Below, one piece after another: positions 8,073-18,434 of a stretch of DNA of 21,124 bases. The stretch lies in NCBI GenBank assembly GCA_043822305.1, contig JBDRBU010000091.1, positions 1 through 21,124 of the forward strand, in the 5' to 3' direction. A program made the translations under genes and the position numbers. The notes below the pieces were generated by a model that was not told where the DNA came from, ran no database searches, and was given only the letters and a program-made list of their open reading frames with translations. Source of the stretch: Candidatus Firestoneibacteriota bacterium. GTDB lineage: Bacteria; Oederibacteriota; D2-FULL-39-29; JBDRBU01. The first letter of the stretch is position 1; every line of letters begins with the position of its first letter.

Positions 8073-8097
8073 TAGTTCTGAAAAATTCTGGACAGTG

Positions 8098-9246
8098 TTA
8101 CATTTTCCATATTCCCGGAATACTCGTCTTACAGAATTTACATTTGCCATCTATAACATAAGATTTCAAAACTGTTATCCCTGAACGCTGAATGAGTTCT
8201 TTTTTACAATTTGGACAGTATGTGTTATTGCCTTCATGCCCTGGCAGATTTTCTATATAAACAAATTTAATCCCGGAATCTAATGCTATTTTTCTTGCAT
8301 CCTCAAGAACTATCTGTGGGGTTTGCGGAAGATTCTTCAACTTATAGGCTGGATAAAATCTTGCAAAATGCAATGGCACATTAGGACCAAGATATGTTAA
8401 TATCCATTTACACATCTTCTTTATATCTTCATAATCATCATTTAAAGTTGGGATAATTAGGTTAACTATCTCAAACCATCTTCCTTCTTTCTTTACAACT
8501 TGTATTGCATCTAAAACAGGTTTTAAACTTTGCCCACATACTTTTTGATAAAACTTATCATTAAATCCTTTTAATGTTATAGTAAAAATATCTATCTCCT
8601 TGCACAAATCCTTCATTGGTTTTTCATTAATAAAGGCAGCCGTGCAACAATGTGTAATTAAGTCATGTTTTTTTGCAATCCTGGCTATATCTACCATATA
8701 ATCAAAAAATACAACGGGCTCTGTATAAGTAAAAATAACTGCTTTTAGTTTTTTCTCCATCGTCTTTAATATCATCTCATCAGGAGTTAAATACATATTT
8801 TTTGTTTTTGTCGGAGGAAGTTGTGAAATCTGCCAGTTCTGACAATACAAACATCTTAAATTACATCCCGCAGTTCCAAAAGCAATTCCTGAAATTCCTG
8901 GCATTACATGAGAAAGAGGACCTTTTTCTATTGGGTCAACATTTATTACGCATGGTTTATTATAAGTATCCTCGTAAAGAGTACCGTTTATATTCGTCCT
9001 GGTCATACAAAAAGATGTTTCTTTATTTTTAAGCAAGCACATGACAGGACATCTTAAACATCTAACATTATTGCCAAATAATTTTTCATAATAATAAGAT
9101 TCTTTAGTCCTTTCAAATCCCCACACTTCTACTTTTTTTATCAAATCAATAAGAAATGGGGAAGAAGCTACTGTTAATCCCATTAAACTTAACTTTTTTA
9201 GAAAATTTTTCCTATTTAATTTCTGATTAAAGTTAAATTGCAACAT
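8098..9246 (-). CDS. amrS: AmmeMemoRadiSam-system radical SAM enzyme (AmrS-like) with Tat-like leader
   Basis: CNLRCLYCQNWQISQ (CxxxCxxC), N-terminal C-x2-CP-x2-C, DPIEKGPL, FTYTEP, PLHFARFYPAY and C-terminal CPNC...CKFC. Confidence 0.88.
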   Translation of the reverse strand: MLQFNFNQKLNRKNFLKKLSLMGLTVASSPFLIDLIKKVEVWGFERTKESYYYEKLFGNNVRCLRCPVMCLLKNKETSFCMTRTNINGTLYEDTYNKPCVINVDPIEKGPLSHVMPGISGIAFGTAGCNLRCLYCQNWQISQLPPTKTKNMYLTPDEMILKTMEKKLKAVIFTYTEPVVFFDYMVDIARIAKKHDLITHCCTAAFINEKPMKDLCKEIDIFTITLKGFNDKFYQKVCGQSLKPVLDAIQVVKKEGRWFEIVNLIIPTLNDDYEDIKKMCKWILTYLGPNVPLHFARFYPAYKLKNLPQTPQIVLEDARKIALDSGIKFVYIENLPGHEGNNTYCPNCKKELIQRSGITVLKSYVIDGKCKFCKTSIPGIWKM

Positions 9247-9252
9247 ATTACT

Positions 9253-10212
9253 TTATTGATTTAATGGTTTACCTGTTAAAGCCGGTTTTACTTTAGAAAC
9301 ATCAATGCCAAATTGAACTAATATAGTGGGTACAATATCTGCCAGAGTACCATTTTTCTTTACTGACTTATCATTTGTCCCTAAATACACATATGGTGCA
9401 TTTTTATGATTCTTCTCACCTTCATCAAAACCATGGTCACTTGTTACATAAATTAAGGTTTTATTATAAATCTGAGATTCTTTTAGTTTACTTATAATTT
9501 TTCCAAGCCAACTATCACAGAGGATTATAGCATTTTCATATTCCTTTGAATTTTCCCCGGATTTATGTCCCTTATGGTCAGGATCACTAAAATGGAAAAA
9601 CATACAAAATCTTTTATCCTTGTAACTTTCAATGTACATAAGAGCATTCGTACCAACTTCCTCTGCATCTCTTTGCTTATCTCCATTCCATATATCAAGA
9701 CTTCCCCTTGTTAAATAAAAAGGTTCGCCATTTGGATTCTCTTTTTCTTTCTCTTTACCCTTCTTCTTTTTAACTCCTTCACCTTCATTAGGACCTAATG
9801 AACCTAAATTACCACTTTTTCCCGTTAGCATAACTGTAATAATATTATCTTTTCCAAAATGGCTCTCTAATTTTTCAAAAATTGTATATCCTACTGGAAT
9901 TGGAGCAAATTTACCATTAGTAAATACCCCTGTAACGGAAGATGTAAGTCCTGTTAACATTTCGGCATGACCTGGTTTTGTAGATGTAGCATGACCTTCT
10001 ACTGTAATTTCCACGAGATTACCTTCTTTTGATAAATCTTTTATATTTGGTAACTTATCAGATTTATATAAATCCATAAAATGTTCTCGCTGAACTCCAT
10101 CCCAGGATATAAGAATTGCATTGTATGTCTCCGCAAAAGAAGTGGATATAGTAACTAAAGTAAATAAAGCAACTAAAGTGAATAAAGTATTACTTTTTTT
10201 AACTTTTTTCAT
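9253..10212 (-). CDS. Exported alkaline-phosphatase-superfamily (NPP/PafA-like) metalloenzyme
   Basis: ISWDG, TSTKPGHAEMLTG (probable Thr nucleophile), DPDHKGH and VTSDHG metal ligands. Signal peptide ending FA-E. Confidence 0.85.
   Translation of the reverse strand: MKKVKKSNTLFTLVALFTLVTISTSFAETYNAILISWDGVQREHFMDLYKSDKLPNIKDLSKEGNLVEITVEGHATSTKPGHAEMLTGLTSSVTGVFTNGKFAPIPVGYTIFEKLESHFGKDNIITVMLTGKSGNLGSLGPNEGEGVKKKKGKEKEKENPNGEPFYLTRGSLDIWNGDKQRDAEEVGTNALMYIESYKDKRFCMFFHFSDPDHKGHKSGENSKEYENAIILCDSWLGKIISKLKESQIYNKTLIYVTSDHGFDEGEKNHKNAPYVYLGTNDKSVKKNGTLADIVPTILVQFGIDVSKVKPALTGKPLNQ
10153..10188. repeat. Four tandem 9-mers within the phosphatase signal peptide
   Basis: AACTAAAGT AAATAAAGC AACTAAAGT GAATAAAGT, translated on the minus strand as TLF-TLV-ALF-TLV. 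Confidence 0.75.
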
Positions 10213-10241
10213 TTTTCCTCCTTTTCTTTTTTTCGAATTTC

Positions 10242-10264
10242 CGCAGGCTAAAGCCTGCGACTAC
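10242..10264 (-). repeat. GTAG REP family B, copy 3
   Basis: Exact reverse complement of 6685-6707. It overlaps a tandem duplication GACTACAAA x2 (10259-10276). Confidence 0.9.
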
Positions 10265-10287
10265 AAAGACTACAAAACCTCCTTCAC

Positions 10288-11235
10288 TTATTCCACTTTA
10301 TCCAAATTTGTCTTTCCCGGCTTTTTAAATGATTTTGCTATTTGCAGTTTTTGTTCAAGAATAGGGATAATTTTATCATTTAAGAAATATCTTCCAACCT
10401 TTCCAATACCTTTGTCGTGTGCCTTACTTAATTTCCTTATAGTCTTTTCTGCCACATTTTTCTCGTATTTCAAATCAGCTTCCTTCGCAAGTTCTTCTTT
10501 ATTTAATTCAAACTCAGCATCATCCATTGCTTTTGCTTTGTTTATAATACTCAGTAATCTTTGCTTTTCTTTTTCTCTGGCTTCCTCATCTAATGGACCT
10601 AAAAATTTCTCTTCTTCGCGAGATATAAACTTCTCTATCCCCTCATTTACTTTCTTATTGTAAGAATCGTCCTTAACCTCTCTTAATCTTTTAAGAAGTT
10701 GTTCTATTGGTCCACTATCATATGCCTGACCAGCTCTTGTAGGATTCTTTAAACTTTTAGGGGGTATTAAACATGGAACAAAATCAGAAATGATTTGCAT
10801 TTGACCCGCAGAAAGCACTGTGGACACCTTTTCTTCTAAACCTTTTAAATCCTCTTCAAATTTCTCTCTTGCTTCTTTTAACTCCCTATCCCATCTGGCG
10901 GCAGCTTTTTGAATCTCTGGAGTAACCTCAGCACCTTTGGTTATAAGTTGTGCTTTTAAAATTTCATAACTGTTTTTAGTATTTTCTACAACTTCAGAAT
11001 ATTCCTTATAAACCTTGTCCTTTAAAGAGGCTGATTCTTTTGCAATATTGATTAACCCTGTCATTTGTGTTGTTGTCAGATTTAAACCGTTTATTAAGTT
11101 AAGCGTACTAATATCCTGAGATAGGTCTTTTATACATTCAAGATTATCATTATTTCTATTTTCTCCTTTTTTCCCTGCAAAAACTATATTTGCAAAAAAA
11201 ACCATTACTCCCAGATATATCAATATTTTTCTCAT
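10288..11235 (-). CDS. Exported helical protein with LTxxQ-like (Spy/CpxP-like) motifs
   Basis: Signal peptide (VFA), LNLTTTQ and VLSAGQ motifs, charged helical sequence, GGAGG RBS. Directly follows the anti-sigma gene. Confidence 0.6.
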   Translation of the reverse strand: MRKILIYLGVMVFFANIVFAGKKGENRNNDNLECIKDLSQDISTLNLINGLNLTTTQMTGLINIAKESASLKDKVYKEYSEVVENTKNSYEILKAQLITKGAEVTPEIQKAAARWDRELKEAREKFEEDLKGLEEKVSTVLSAGQMQIISDFVPCLIPPKSLKNPTRAGQAYDSGPIEQLLKRLREVKDDSYNKKVNEGIEKFISREEEKFLGPLDEEAREKEKQRLLSIINKAKAMDDAEFELNKEELAKEADLKYEKNVAEKTIRKLSKAHDKGIGKVGRYFLNDKIIPILEQKLQIAKSFKKPGKTNLDKVE

Positions 11236-11245
11236 AGGCCCTCCT

Positions 11246-11773
11246 TCAAATATTTTCCTGGAGATAATCCAGGGTTAATTCTTCTAATATTTTCTCTCTT
11301 TGTTCTTTGGAAAGAGTATTTAAACCTTCTTCTATTCTTCCTGTTTTTAAGTATATCTCATCTAACATAGTCCATAAACCATTTTCGCTTGTAGTTATCC
11401 GTTCTATTATTTTATTTTCATCATAATTATAATTAATATTAATTTTATGTGTTATTTTTGGATAGAAAATAATAAGCAAGAAAATTAATGCACAGGAAAA
11501 AGCAATGACGGGTTTAAAAATGTTCAAAATGTTCTTTTTCTTTTCCAATCTAGACCTTACATTCGGTAGGAAATTAATCCAGAATTTTTCATCAGGTTTT
11601 TTTAACTTTATAGATTTTGATAGTTTTAAAATCTCCTCATACTCCAATAGCTTAGTTCTACAATCCTTGCAACCCTTTAAATGTTCACTAATATCTTCCC
11701 TTTCAACTTTATCAATCTCATTATTTATATAATCTAAAATATTATTTTTAACATCTGCACATTTTATAACCAT
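11246..11773 (-). CDS. Zinc-binding anti-sigma factor (zf-HC2/ZAS) with one TM helix
   Basis: C...HLKGCKDC (HxxxCxxC), TM helix PVIAFSCALIFLLIIF. Overlaps the ECF sigma stop. Confidence 0.88.
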   Translation of the reverse strand: MVIKCADVKNNILDYINNEIDKVEREDISEHLKGCKDCRTKLLEYEEILKLSKSIKLKKPDEKFWINFLPNVRSRLEKKKNILNIFKPVIAFSCALIFLLIIFYPKITHKININYNYDENKIIERITTSENGLWTMLDEIYLKTGRIEEGLNTLSKEQREKILEELTLDYLQENI

Positions 11774-12309
11774 CTTTTTACCCTCTCTTTTATTTTTTCG
11801 ACAGCATTAAAAAAATTTGACTTTGCACCACCTATACTTAAACCCATAATCTCAGCAATCTCTTCAAACTTCAAATCATCATAAATTCTTAATATAAATA
11901 CTGCTTTCTGTTGTTTTGGCAATGTATTTAAAACTTTTTTGATCTCTTGTTTTATCTCCTGTTTTTCTATATCCTCAACATAACAGGTTGCTTTTGTATC
12001 ACTAATCTCCCTTGTAAGATTTATACTCTCATCATACCTCTTCTTTTTTATCTTTGTAAAACACAAATTTAATGTTATTCTATAAAGCCATGTCCAAAAA
12101 TACTGCCTTTCTTTTAAGTGTTTCAAGGACCTGTAAACTCTTACAAACGCTTCTTGAGATACATCCTCAGCATCATGATGATTACTCATTATTCTTAAAG
12201 CAAGATAATAAACCTTTTGCTGGTATTTTCTTACTATCCTGTTAAAACACTCTTCATCGCCATTAAGAAAGGATGTAATAAAGCCAACATCTTCATTGTC
12301 TATAACCAT
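11764..12309 (-). CDS. ECF RNA polymerase sigma factor
   Basis: Region 2 DAEDVSQEAFVRVY...WLYRITLN and region 4 LPKQQKAVFILR...EEIAEIMG. Confidence 0.95.
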   Translation of the reverse strand: MVIDNEDVGFITSFLNGDEECFNRIVRKYQQKVYYLALRIMSNHHDAEDVSQEAFVRVYRSLKHLKERQYFWTWLYRITLNLCFTKIKKKRYDESINLTREISDTKATCYVEDIEKQEIKQEIKKVLNTLPKQQKAVFILRIYDDLKFEEIAEIMGLSIGGAKSNFFNAVEKIKERVKRWL

Positions 12310-12323
12310 CTACACCTACTATA

Positions 12324-12350
12324 TAGACGAATTTTAATCAAAAAGGTTTA
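12324..12350 (-). promoter_or_regulatory. ECF-type (AAAC-N16-CGTC) promoter, probably autoregulatory
   Basis: Minus strand TAAAC (12350-12346), 16 bp, CGTCTA (12329-12324), 14 nt upstream of the sigma ATG. Matches the SigW/SigM-like consensus. Confidence 0.72.
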
Positions 12351-12357
12351 AAAAATT

Positions 12358-13239
12358 CTACTTAAAATTAACAACTAATGAGACAAAATGTGTATTTCCT
12401 AATTCATCATAATACTTAAAACCATAATCAATGGAAAATATATCAAACTTAAAACCAAATCCTAATGTTACATTTGAAATAAAATCAAAATTAGTATAAA
12501 GTTTATATTTTAGCCCACCTCTTAAAAATAAATTTTCAATAACTTTTATCTCACCACCTAAATTAAATATCATGGAAGATTTATATGGAATATTAATATC
12601 AAATCCCATTTTAAGTAAGTTATCATTATAACCAGCACCTAATTTTAAATTGATAGGTAAATTTTCATATACACCAACATTTTGCAAATTAATCCCAAAA
12701 GAATAATTAGAATTTGCTTTAAAAAATCCAGCAAGATCAAAGAGCACTTTAAAATTACTGTAATCATCAATTACTTCATATGGTATCTTAACATTAGCAC
12801 CTATAGAAATTTCAGAAGTTAAATTTTTTCCAAAAGATATAATTGGAATAATTTGATATGGAGCAAATTCACCCCCTGGATTTCCAGAAATATCCCTTTT
12901 TTCTTGCAAGCCATTATTAATATAAATAGCACTGATTCCAATAGAAGTATTTTTAGATACAGGAATTATACCACTTGTAATTTCATACCTGATTCCTTGA
13001 AAAAACTCTATATGAGAAAATAATAATGAATAATTATCAACAAAAGAAATCCCTGCGGGATTATAAAATATGCTATAAACATCATCAGCCAAACCACCAG
13101 ATGCCTCACCCATACTTACAGGTTTAGCCCCTATAGAGTTTCTTAAATATGCAAAGTTGGTCGTTTCCTCACATAACGAATTAGTAACGACTAAAAGAAC
13201 AGTACCAAAAATTAAGAACAAAGTACTAAGTTTTTTCAA
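12358..13239 (-). CDS. PorV/PorQ (UPF0164)-like outer-membrane beta-barrel protein
   Basis: Signal peptide, GAKPVSMGEA...DDVYSIFYNPAG, alternating beta-strands, C-terminal LGNTHFVSL. TTG start with GGAGG RBS. Confidence 0.82.
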   Translation of the reverse strand: MKKLSTLFLIFGTVLLVVTNSLCEETTNFAYLRNSIGAKPVSMGEASGGLADDVYSIFYNPAGISFVDNYSLLFSHIEFFQGIRYEITSGIIPVSKNTSIGISAIYINNGLQEKRDISGNPGGEFAPYQIIPIISFGKNLTSEISIGANVKIPYEVIDDYSNFKVLFDLAGFFKANSNYSFGINLQNVGVYENLPINLKLGAGYNDNLLKMGFDINIPYKSSMIFNLGGEIKVIENLFLRGGLKYKLYTNFDFISNVTLGFGFKFDIFSIDYGFKYYDELGNTHFVSLVVNFK

Positions 13240-13243
13240 ATTT

Positions 13244-15271
<2,028 letters not shown>

Positions 15272-16504
15272 TTACGCTGATTTTAATTCTTTCTCGTAAA
15301 TATAAGTTGGCTCTTCTAATTTTAATATAACTTTCTCGTTAATGATACATTCTTTAACATCTGCTTTATCTGGAAGTTCGTACATAATATCAAGCATAAT
15401 TTCTTCAAGTATAGCCCGTAACCCTCTGGCACCTACTCCTCTTTTCATGGCTTCTTCGGCAATAGTAGAAATAGATTCATCAGTAAATCTAAGTTTAACT
15501 TTTTCCATAGAAAATAACTTTTTATATTGTTTGACTAAAGCACTTCTTGGCTCAAGTAGTATTTTCTTTAAGTCACTGAGATCAAGGTCATACAAAGGAG
15601 CAACCACAGGAAATCTTCCAACAAACTCCGGGATAAAACCAAATTTAAGCAAATCATCCGGCTGAACATATTGTAAAATTTCTGTTCCAAGTTTTTTATT
15701 TTTCAATTCAGCACCAAAACCATATCTTTTATGGCTAACTCTTCTTTCTATGATTTTATCTAATCCTACAAATGCTCCTCCACATATAAACAAAATATTA
15801 GTAGTATCTACTTTTATAAATTCCTGATGCGGGTGCTTTCTCCCGCCTTGCGGGGGGACATTTGCAATTACTCCTTCTAATATTTTAAGTAACCCCTGTT
15901 GCACTCCTTCTCCTGATACATCTCTGGTTATAGAAGGACTTTCTGATTTTCTAGCGATCTTATCAATCTCGTCAATATATATTATACCCTTTTGTGCTTT
16001 TTCCACATTAAAATTTGCATTTTGAAGTAATCTTAAAATTACATTCTCAACATCTTCGCCAACATAACCTGCTTCAGTTAAACTTGTAGCATCAGATATT
16101 GCAAATGGCACATTTAAAATCTTGGCTAATGTTTGGGCTAAAAGTGTTTTTCCCGTACCAGTGGGTCCTATAAGCATAATATTGCTCTTTTGAAGTTCAA
16201 CATCTAACGAAGGGAAATATATTCTTTTGTAATGATTGTAAACGGCAACAGATAATACTTTTTTTGCCCGGTCCTGCCCTATACAATACTCATCAAGTAA
16301 TTTCTTTATTTCAGCAGGTTTTAGTATTTCTTTCTTCTTTAATGTTTCAGATTTCTTAGACTCGCTTGTAATAATTTCATTACACAGCACAACACATTCA
16401 TCACAGATATATGTAGAAGGACCGCCTGAAACCAATTTCCTTACCAAATCCTGTGGTTTTCCACAAAACGAGCATCTTATGTTTTTACTATTATATTCAG
16501 TCAT
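15272..16504 (-). CDS. clpX: ATP-dependent Clp protease ATP-binding subunit ClpX
   Basis: CSFCGK zinc domain, [37 protein letters not shown]. Confidence 0.98.
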   Translation of the reverse strand: MTEYNSKNIRCSFCGKPQDLVRKLVSGGPSTYICDECVVLCNEIITSESKKSETLKKKEILKPAEIKKLLDEYCIGQDRAKKVLSVAVYNHYKRIYFPSLDVELQKSNIMLIGPTGTGKTLLAQTLAKILNVPFAISDATSLTEAGYVGEDVENVILRLLQNANFNVEKAQKGIIYIDEIDKIARKSESPSITRDVSGEGVQQGLLKILEGVIANVPPQGGRKHPHQEFIKVDTTNILFICGGAFVGLDKIIERRVSHKRYGFGAELKNKKLGTEILQYVQPDDLLKFGFIPEFVGRFPVVAPLYDLDLSDLKKILLEPRSALVKQYKKLFSMEKVKLRFTDESISTIAEEAMKRGVGARGLRAILEEIMLDIMYELPDKADVKECIINEKVILKLEEPTYIYEKELKSA

Positions 16505-17088
16505 GAAATTTTATTCACTATAACTTCATCTATTATCCCATATGCTTTTGCTTCTTCTGGCGACATAAAAAAGTCCCGATCAGTATCTTTTCTTATCCTC
16601 TCAACAGTTTGTCCGGTATGTTTAACAAATATCTCGTTAATTTTTTCCCTCATCCTTAATATCTCTTTTGCTTGTATGTCTATATCTGTTGCCTGACCTT
16701 GAACCCCGCCTAATGGTTGATGTATCATAATTCTTGAATTAGGCAGTGCAAACCTTTTTCCCTTTTTACCGGCACAAAGGAGTAATGCTCCCATGCTTGA
16801 TGCTTGACCTACACATATAGTTGAGATTGGCGCTCTTATATATTGCATAGTATCATATATAGCCAGACCGGCGGTAACAACACCACCGGGAGTATTTATA
16901 TACATATATATTTCCTTTGTCGCTTCTTCACCTTCTAAAAAAATTAGTTGGGCTATAATTAAATTTGCAATCTCATCCTCAACAGGGAACCCTAAAAAAA
17001 CTATCCTCTCTTTTAAAAGTCTTGAATATATATCATACGCTCTTTCACCTCTTGCTGATTGTTCTACAACCATTGGTATCAACATCAT
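16501..17088 (-). CDS. clpP: ATP-dependent Clp protease proteolytic subunit
   Basis: [35 protein letters not shown]. Confidence 0.98.
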   Translation of the reverse strand: MMLIPMVVEQSARGERAYDIYSRLLKERIVFLGFPVEDEIANLIIAQLIFLEGEEATKEIYMYINTPGGVVTAGLAIYDTMQYIRAPISTICVGQASSMGALLLCAGKKGKRFALPNSRIMIHQPLGGVQGQATDIDIQAKEILRMREKINEIFVKHTGQTVERIRKDTDRDFFMSPEEAKAYGIIDEVIVNKIS

Positions 17089-17098
17089 AACCTCCTTT

Positions 17099-17356
17099 TT
17101 ATACTTTTTTATTTCTATTCCAATATATCCTTAGGAAACCCAAGCAAATAAGAGATACACCCAAAGCAAAAAGAAAAGTAAAATCACTGTCATCTCGATA
17201 ACTTCGATGACTATAAGGCATTGCAAGTAATACTAAAAACGGACCTATTACAAAACATATAACATCTGTTGTTGGTAGTTGTGGCATTCTAATAAAAATA
17301 AGGAAAAGCAATATAGCCATAACTGTAAGCATGATTTTTGTATATTCATCTGTCAT
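17099..17356 (-). CDS. Small hypothetical membrane protein (about 3 TM)
   Basis: 85 aa, three hydrophobic segments, AAGGGGA RBS-like sequence upstream. Confidence 0.55.
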   Translation of the reverse strand: MTDEYTKIMLTVMAILLFLIFIRMPQLPTTDVICFVIGPFLVLLAMPYSHRSYRDDSDFTFLFALGVSLICLGFLRIYWNRNKKV

Positions 17357-17530
17357 TTTTACATCCCCTTTAATCTTCTTTTTTGTCTTTTTTTGGCAAT
17401 TTATTCTTTTTTATTAACTATATTTCTTTTTACTCTTTCAAAGAACAAATTTTGTTTTTAAACTCCCTATCTGTTGACAAACATATTCCCTTTTTCCTTA
17501 CTTCTTGCCTTTCATAATTCTTTCATATCA

Positions 17531-17566
17531 CTTTTGACAAAACCTGCCTCTATATATTGTCAAAAG
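17531..17566. promoter_or_regulatory. 10-bp inverted repeat, possible operator
   Basis: CTTTTGACAA-N16-TTGTCAAAAG, with a further TTGACAAA at 17474-17481. Confidence 0.35.
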
Positions 17567-17587
17567 TTTTACATTTTTTAAGTTTAT

Positions 17588-17699
17588 CTGGGAGTGCCAA
17601 GAATACCCCGTCTCTTGAGACGGGGATGAATTGGCACCATAAATAATATATTTTCCTTGCAGAGAAGATGCCCCGCCATTTATGGCGGGGGAGATTCAT
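17588..17699 (+). mobile_element. Non-autonomous IS200/IS605-family mini-element (PATE-like)
   Basis: Two related GC hairpins in direct orientation: CCCCGTCTC-TT-GAGACGGGG (17606-17625, followed by ATGAATTG) and CCCCGCCAT-TT-ATGGCGGGG (17671-17690, followed by GAGATTCAT). Each is preceded by AAGA. TTTAT lies 5' at 17583-17587. No coding content. The boundaries are inferred. Confidence 0.7.
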
Positions 17700-18025
17700 T
17701 TTCTGGAATAAGTTACTCCTCCGCTCTTGACAAATTTAGAAAATAAACCTTCTTTAAATTCTCCTGTTGTTAGAGTAATTATATCAAATGGTATCAAGAA
17801 TTTTTTAATAGTTTTTATCTCTGCTTCTTTTGTGATATTTGCCCTCTCAAATATATCTTTACCATTAAAATCATCAGATAAAATGATAATATCAACATCG
17901 CTTTCTTTGGTTACATTACCTTTTGCATAAGAACCAAACATGATTATTTTGGAAATATTTACCCCACTTTTTATAAGACATCTTTCTAAAAATTGGATTG
18001 CTTTTATAACATCTTTTTTAAGCAT
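17696..18025 (-). CDS. Minimal nucleotidyltransferase (MNT), putative antitoxin
   Basis: FGSYAKGNVTKESDVD (GS-x10-DxD), 109 aa. Overlaps the HEPN gene by 22 bp. Confidence 0.9.
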   Translation of the reverse strand: MLKKDVIKAIQFLERCLIKSGVNISKIIMFGSYAKGNVTKESDVDIIILSDDFNGKDIFERANITKEAEIKTIKKFLIPFDIITLTTGEFKEGLFSKFVKSGGVTYSRK

Positions 18026-18393
18026 TTTAAAACTTCTCCTGTTTTTATTAGTATATCTTTTATTTTATCTTCGTCATAATCTTTTAGTATTCTCTTTAAA
18101 TCATCCGGATAACGAGTTGGAACACTTACTCTATTAAGTGAAAAGATAAAATCATATAAATCATCGGTCATTTGAAGACTAACTTTCTCTATAAGGTAAA
18201 TCAAATTGTGAATTTTAGGAGGTACCTCTTGAAATTTTTTTACATAAAACCCTTTTAATGCTTTCTCAATAGACAGATGGCACATAAAGACAGTATAAAT
18301 ATACCTCTTTGACTTAAACATTGCATCTGCTGTCTCTAAATCATAATCAGCCTGTAAAAACCATTCCCCCGGATGTTTTATCTCCATACTCAT
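18004..18393 (-). CDS. HEPN-domain protein
   Basis: W-QADYDL-A...F-CHLSIEKALK...PPKIHNL...TRYPD pattern. Paired with MNT. Confidence 0.9.
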   Translation of the reverse strand: MSMEIKHPGEWFLQADYDLETADAMFKSKRYIYTVFMCHLSIEKALKGFYVKKFQEVPPKIHNLIYLIEKVSLQMTDDLYDFIFSLNRVSVPTRYPDDLKRILKDYDEDKIKDILIKTGEVLKCLKKML

Positions 18394-18434
18394 TTTTTCA
18401 CCCCATATTCATAAATTGCTTTTTTAATTTATTC

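Noticed and set aside
5985..8097. Integron cassette array
   Set aside because: No attC-like R''/R' pairs after the stop codons, the genes overlap or are 15 bp apart, and there is no integrase.
12358..13239. Type IX secretion system inferred from the PorV-like gene
   Set aside because: No other T9SS components are in the window, and this barrel family occurs widely without T9SS.
17592..17600. CIRCE (HrcA) half-site GAGTGCCAA or CtsR box upstream of clpP
   Set aside because: The partner half-site at 9-bp spacing is absent, the sequence belongs to the mini-element stem, and no CtsR direct repeat is present.
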